Shown here: one piece after another, positions 63,366 to 64,000 of the stretch
How the letters are laid out: each line of letters opens with the position of its first letter
Numbering within the stretch: the stretch's first letter is position 1
Assembly: GCA_028023455.1 (NCBI GenBank)
Contig: JAQFVV010000006.1
Span: forward strand, 7,688,001 to 7,752,000
DNA from: Epiperipatus broadwayi
Lineage: Eukaryota; Animalia; Onychophora
Direction: 5' to 3'
Length of the DNA stretch: 64,000 bases
Notes under the pieces: model-generated
Databases searched by the model: none
What the model was told of the DNA's origin: nothing
The model's input: the letters and a program-made list of their open reading frames with translations, nothing else
Program-made: the position numbers and the translations under genes

Positions 63366-64000
63366 AAAAAAAAAGTCCAATATATTTTACACGACTACAA
63401 AATTAGAATAATTATTGCTGAACAAGTACAACTATGATATTTTATAGCAGTGTAATAATACCAAAGTACCAAAAATACTTATTGAAACTTAATAAAACAT
63501 TATATTGAGTAGTTCAATGTCAAAAGATCTACACTTTGAGATGGAAGTGCTGTTGGGAGAGATTACTATGGGGAAAAAACGATTTCTCAAGCATGTGATT
63601 AAGGTCTTGGTAGGACTGAATTCAAAATACTGCTAACTTATTAAATATTAAAATGTTTTAGAAATAAAATGATATAGATTTTGAATACTATTAATATTTA
63701 CTGCATTCCTATATTTTTAAAAGAATTTATTTTAAGCAAGGTGAATTTGCTGAAAATGCTTGTTTTAATATATCTCAGGCTTTTTGATATTAAGATAAAG
63801 CCATAGTTAAAAAATATGGTCTGTGACAAATGGTTTGTTTATTTTAATATTCTTGGTAGCCATAAATCCCAGTATGTATTATAACATGATGTTTTTTATT
63901 ACATAACTGTATGCTAGTTTAATATGCGCATACATTTTTGCTCTGACATAATATACATACTCATCTATATTTACACTCAAACACATACTTTAGTTTAGTA

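Overview
Very AT-rich eukaryotic (invertebrate-like) genomic DNA with no host gene I can identify; almost every listed ORF is incidental or a transposon remnant. The dominant signal is about 16 fold-back (inverted-repeat) insertions in 64 kb. At least nine are bounded by 10-15 bp target-site duplications, and typically one arm carries a 34-60 nt unpaired 3' tail. Two carry the C-terminus of a Penelope-type GIY-YIG endonuclease. Many carry minimal type-I hammerhead ribozyme (HHR) motifs from at least five sequence families, several with intact catalytic cores and palindromic stem III. There is also a 396-bp retrozyme-like monomer with a perfect HHR, a ~23-unit tandem array of a hammerhead core, and a three-level nest (LINE > HHR element > HHR hairpin inserted in the outer ribozyme core). 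Other content: nine copies of a tRNA-Gly-derived SINE, a second tRNA-derived SINE, decayed RTE, CR1/jockey-type and L1/Tx1-type LINEs, and hAT, mariner and Merlin relics. All alignments, folds and family assignments were done by eye and from memory, with no database searches. Inverted pLTR arrangements and pLTR hammerheads are known for Penelope-like elements; the density, diversity, nesting and array here are what stand out.
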